From contig OZ004610.1 in assembly GCA_963924565.1 (NCBI GenBank), positions 10,664,001 through 10,728,000 on the forward strand: a DNA stretch of 64,000 nucleotides, in the 5' to 3' direction. The stretch's first letter is position 1, and the number at the start of each line of letters is the position of its first letter. Origin of the DNA: Ascidiella aspersa (taxonomy: Eukaryota). The position numbers and the translations under genes are program-made. The notes beneath the pieces are model-generated. The model was not told the DNA's origin and searched no databases. It saw nothing but the letters and a program-made list of their open reading frames with translations. Of the stretch, positions 63,126 through 64,000 are shown in pieces.

Positions 63126-64000
63126 ATGAATCCTTCACCAAGTAAAGCGGAGGAAGATAACAAGTTGAATAAAGGAGTGACACGTGGTAAAAAACGGAAA
63201 AAGACCATGAGAGATGAAAATGCCCCTAAACGTCCAGTTAATGCTTATGTGATGTTTATGAACGAGCGACGAGAAGCGTTGTCAAAAAAATTTCAAGATC
63301 TTTCATTTGCTGAAATTACAAAATTAGTTGGAGAAGAGTGGAGTTCACTGGACAACCTAAAGAAGAAAAACTATTGGGACAGGGCAGAGAAGGAAAAAGA
63401 AAGATATTTAAAAGAATTAAAAGAGTACAAACAAACTGAAGCTTTTCAGTCATTTCTTAACAAATCTAAAGAAGTAAAAGAAACACCAACCTCTTCAAAA
63501 AATGAAAATATAGGAGCAGCTGCACCCAGCACTGGACAAAGAGCTGAAACCAAGAGTGGAGATGGTTCAGATATTCCTATATTCACAGAGGCATTTTTAG
63601 ACTATAACAAGACAAAAGAGAGTGAGCTTCACCAGCTTATTAAAGCAAATACTGCATATGAGAAGCAAAACATTTTGCTGGAAAAACATGTTGACAATCT
63701 AAAAAATGCTGTTGCAAAACTTAATGCTGAAACAGAGCAACAAAACCAAACTAACAACGAAATTGAAAGTAAGCTGAATAGCTTCCGTAACTTGTTGCTT
63801 GATGCATTCAGAGACATCCGATTGCCCACTAGCAATGTATATCCCACTATTGAAAATATAGATTCTTACATGGCCGAGACATGTGCAGCTTTACAAGATA
63901 ATGTAGGGAATAAGAAGTTTGTATCTGCCATTCAAAATGTAATGGGTAAAGTAAATTTTCAAACAGCTGATGAAACTTGGAATGATGAAGATGACAAAAA
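63126..64000 (+). CDS. HMG20A: HMG20A/HMG20B (BRAF35/iBRAF) HMG-box protein, intronless so far, 3'-truncated by the window edge (absent from the ORF track)
   Basis: Open frame from ATG 63126 to the window end: KKRKKTMRDENAPKRPVNAYVMFMNERRE...FAEITKLVGEEWSSL...AEKEKERYLKELKEYKQTEAF, then the family signature DIPIFTEAFLDYNK, a coiled coil and PTIENIDSYM. A versus B cannot be resolved. Confidence 0.93.
   Translation, partial: MNPSPSKAEEDNKLNKGVTRGKKRKKTMRDENAPKRPVNAYVMFMNERREALSKKFQDLSFAEITKLVGEEWSSLDNLKKKNYWDRAEKEKERYLKELKEYKQTEAFQSFLNKSKEVKETPTSSKNENIGAAAPSTGQRAETKSGDGSDIPIFTEAFLDYNKTKESELHQLIKANTAYEKQNILLEKHVDNLKNAVAKLNAETEQQNQTNNEIESKLNSFRNLLLDAFRDIRLPTSNVYPTIENIDSYMAETCAALQDNVGNKKFVSAIQNVMGKVNFQTADETWNDEDDK

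Overview
AT-rich animal genomic DNA with GT-AG introns. The compact introns, many intronless conserved genes and mosaic CpG depletion suggest a tunicate/ascidian (inference; organism not established). Ten protein-coding genes are supported: PHACTR (-, 15 exons), a solitary and very divergent histone H2B variant (+), BARD1 (+, intronless), RAB23 (+, 6 exons), HOMER (+, 8 exons), PTCD1 (-, 14 exons), PGS1 (-, one long exon), a secreted protein made of 20 tandem LDL-receptor class A modules (+, intronless), OGFOD3 (-, intronless) and HMG20A/B (+, intronless, runs off the window). Exon chains were built by hand and are phase-consistent. Introns and intergenic DNA hold many hAT-type MITEs (several with exact 8-bp TSDs), a second MITE family found mainly at gene 5' ends, a decayed tRNA-like element, a Penelope-like remnant and a perfect 72-bp palindrome. 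Main leads: an H2B variant that has lost the H2B-H4 interface residues and lies next to BARD1; the atypical Lys-rich poly-LDLa secreted protein; CpG depletion limited to the first ~6-8 kb of transcription units; and a candidate PGS1-PTCD1 mitochondrial operon. No CRISPR, rRNA or prokaryotic features were seen.
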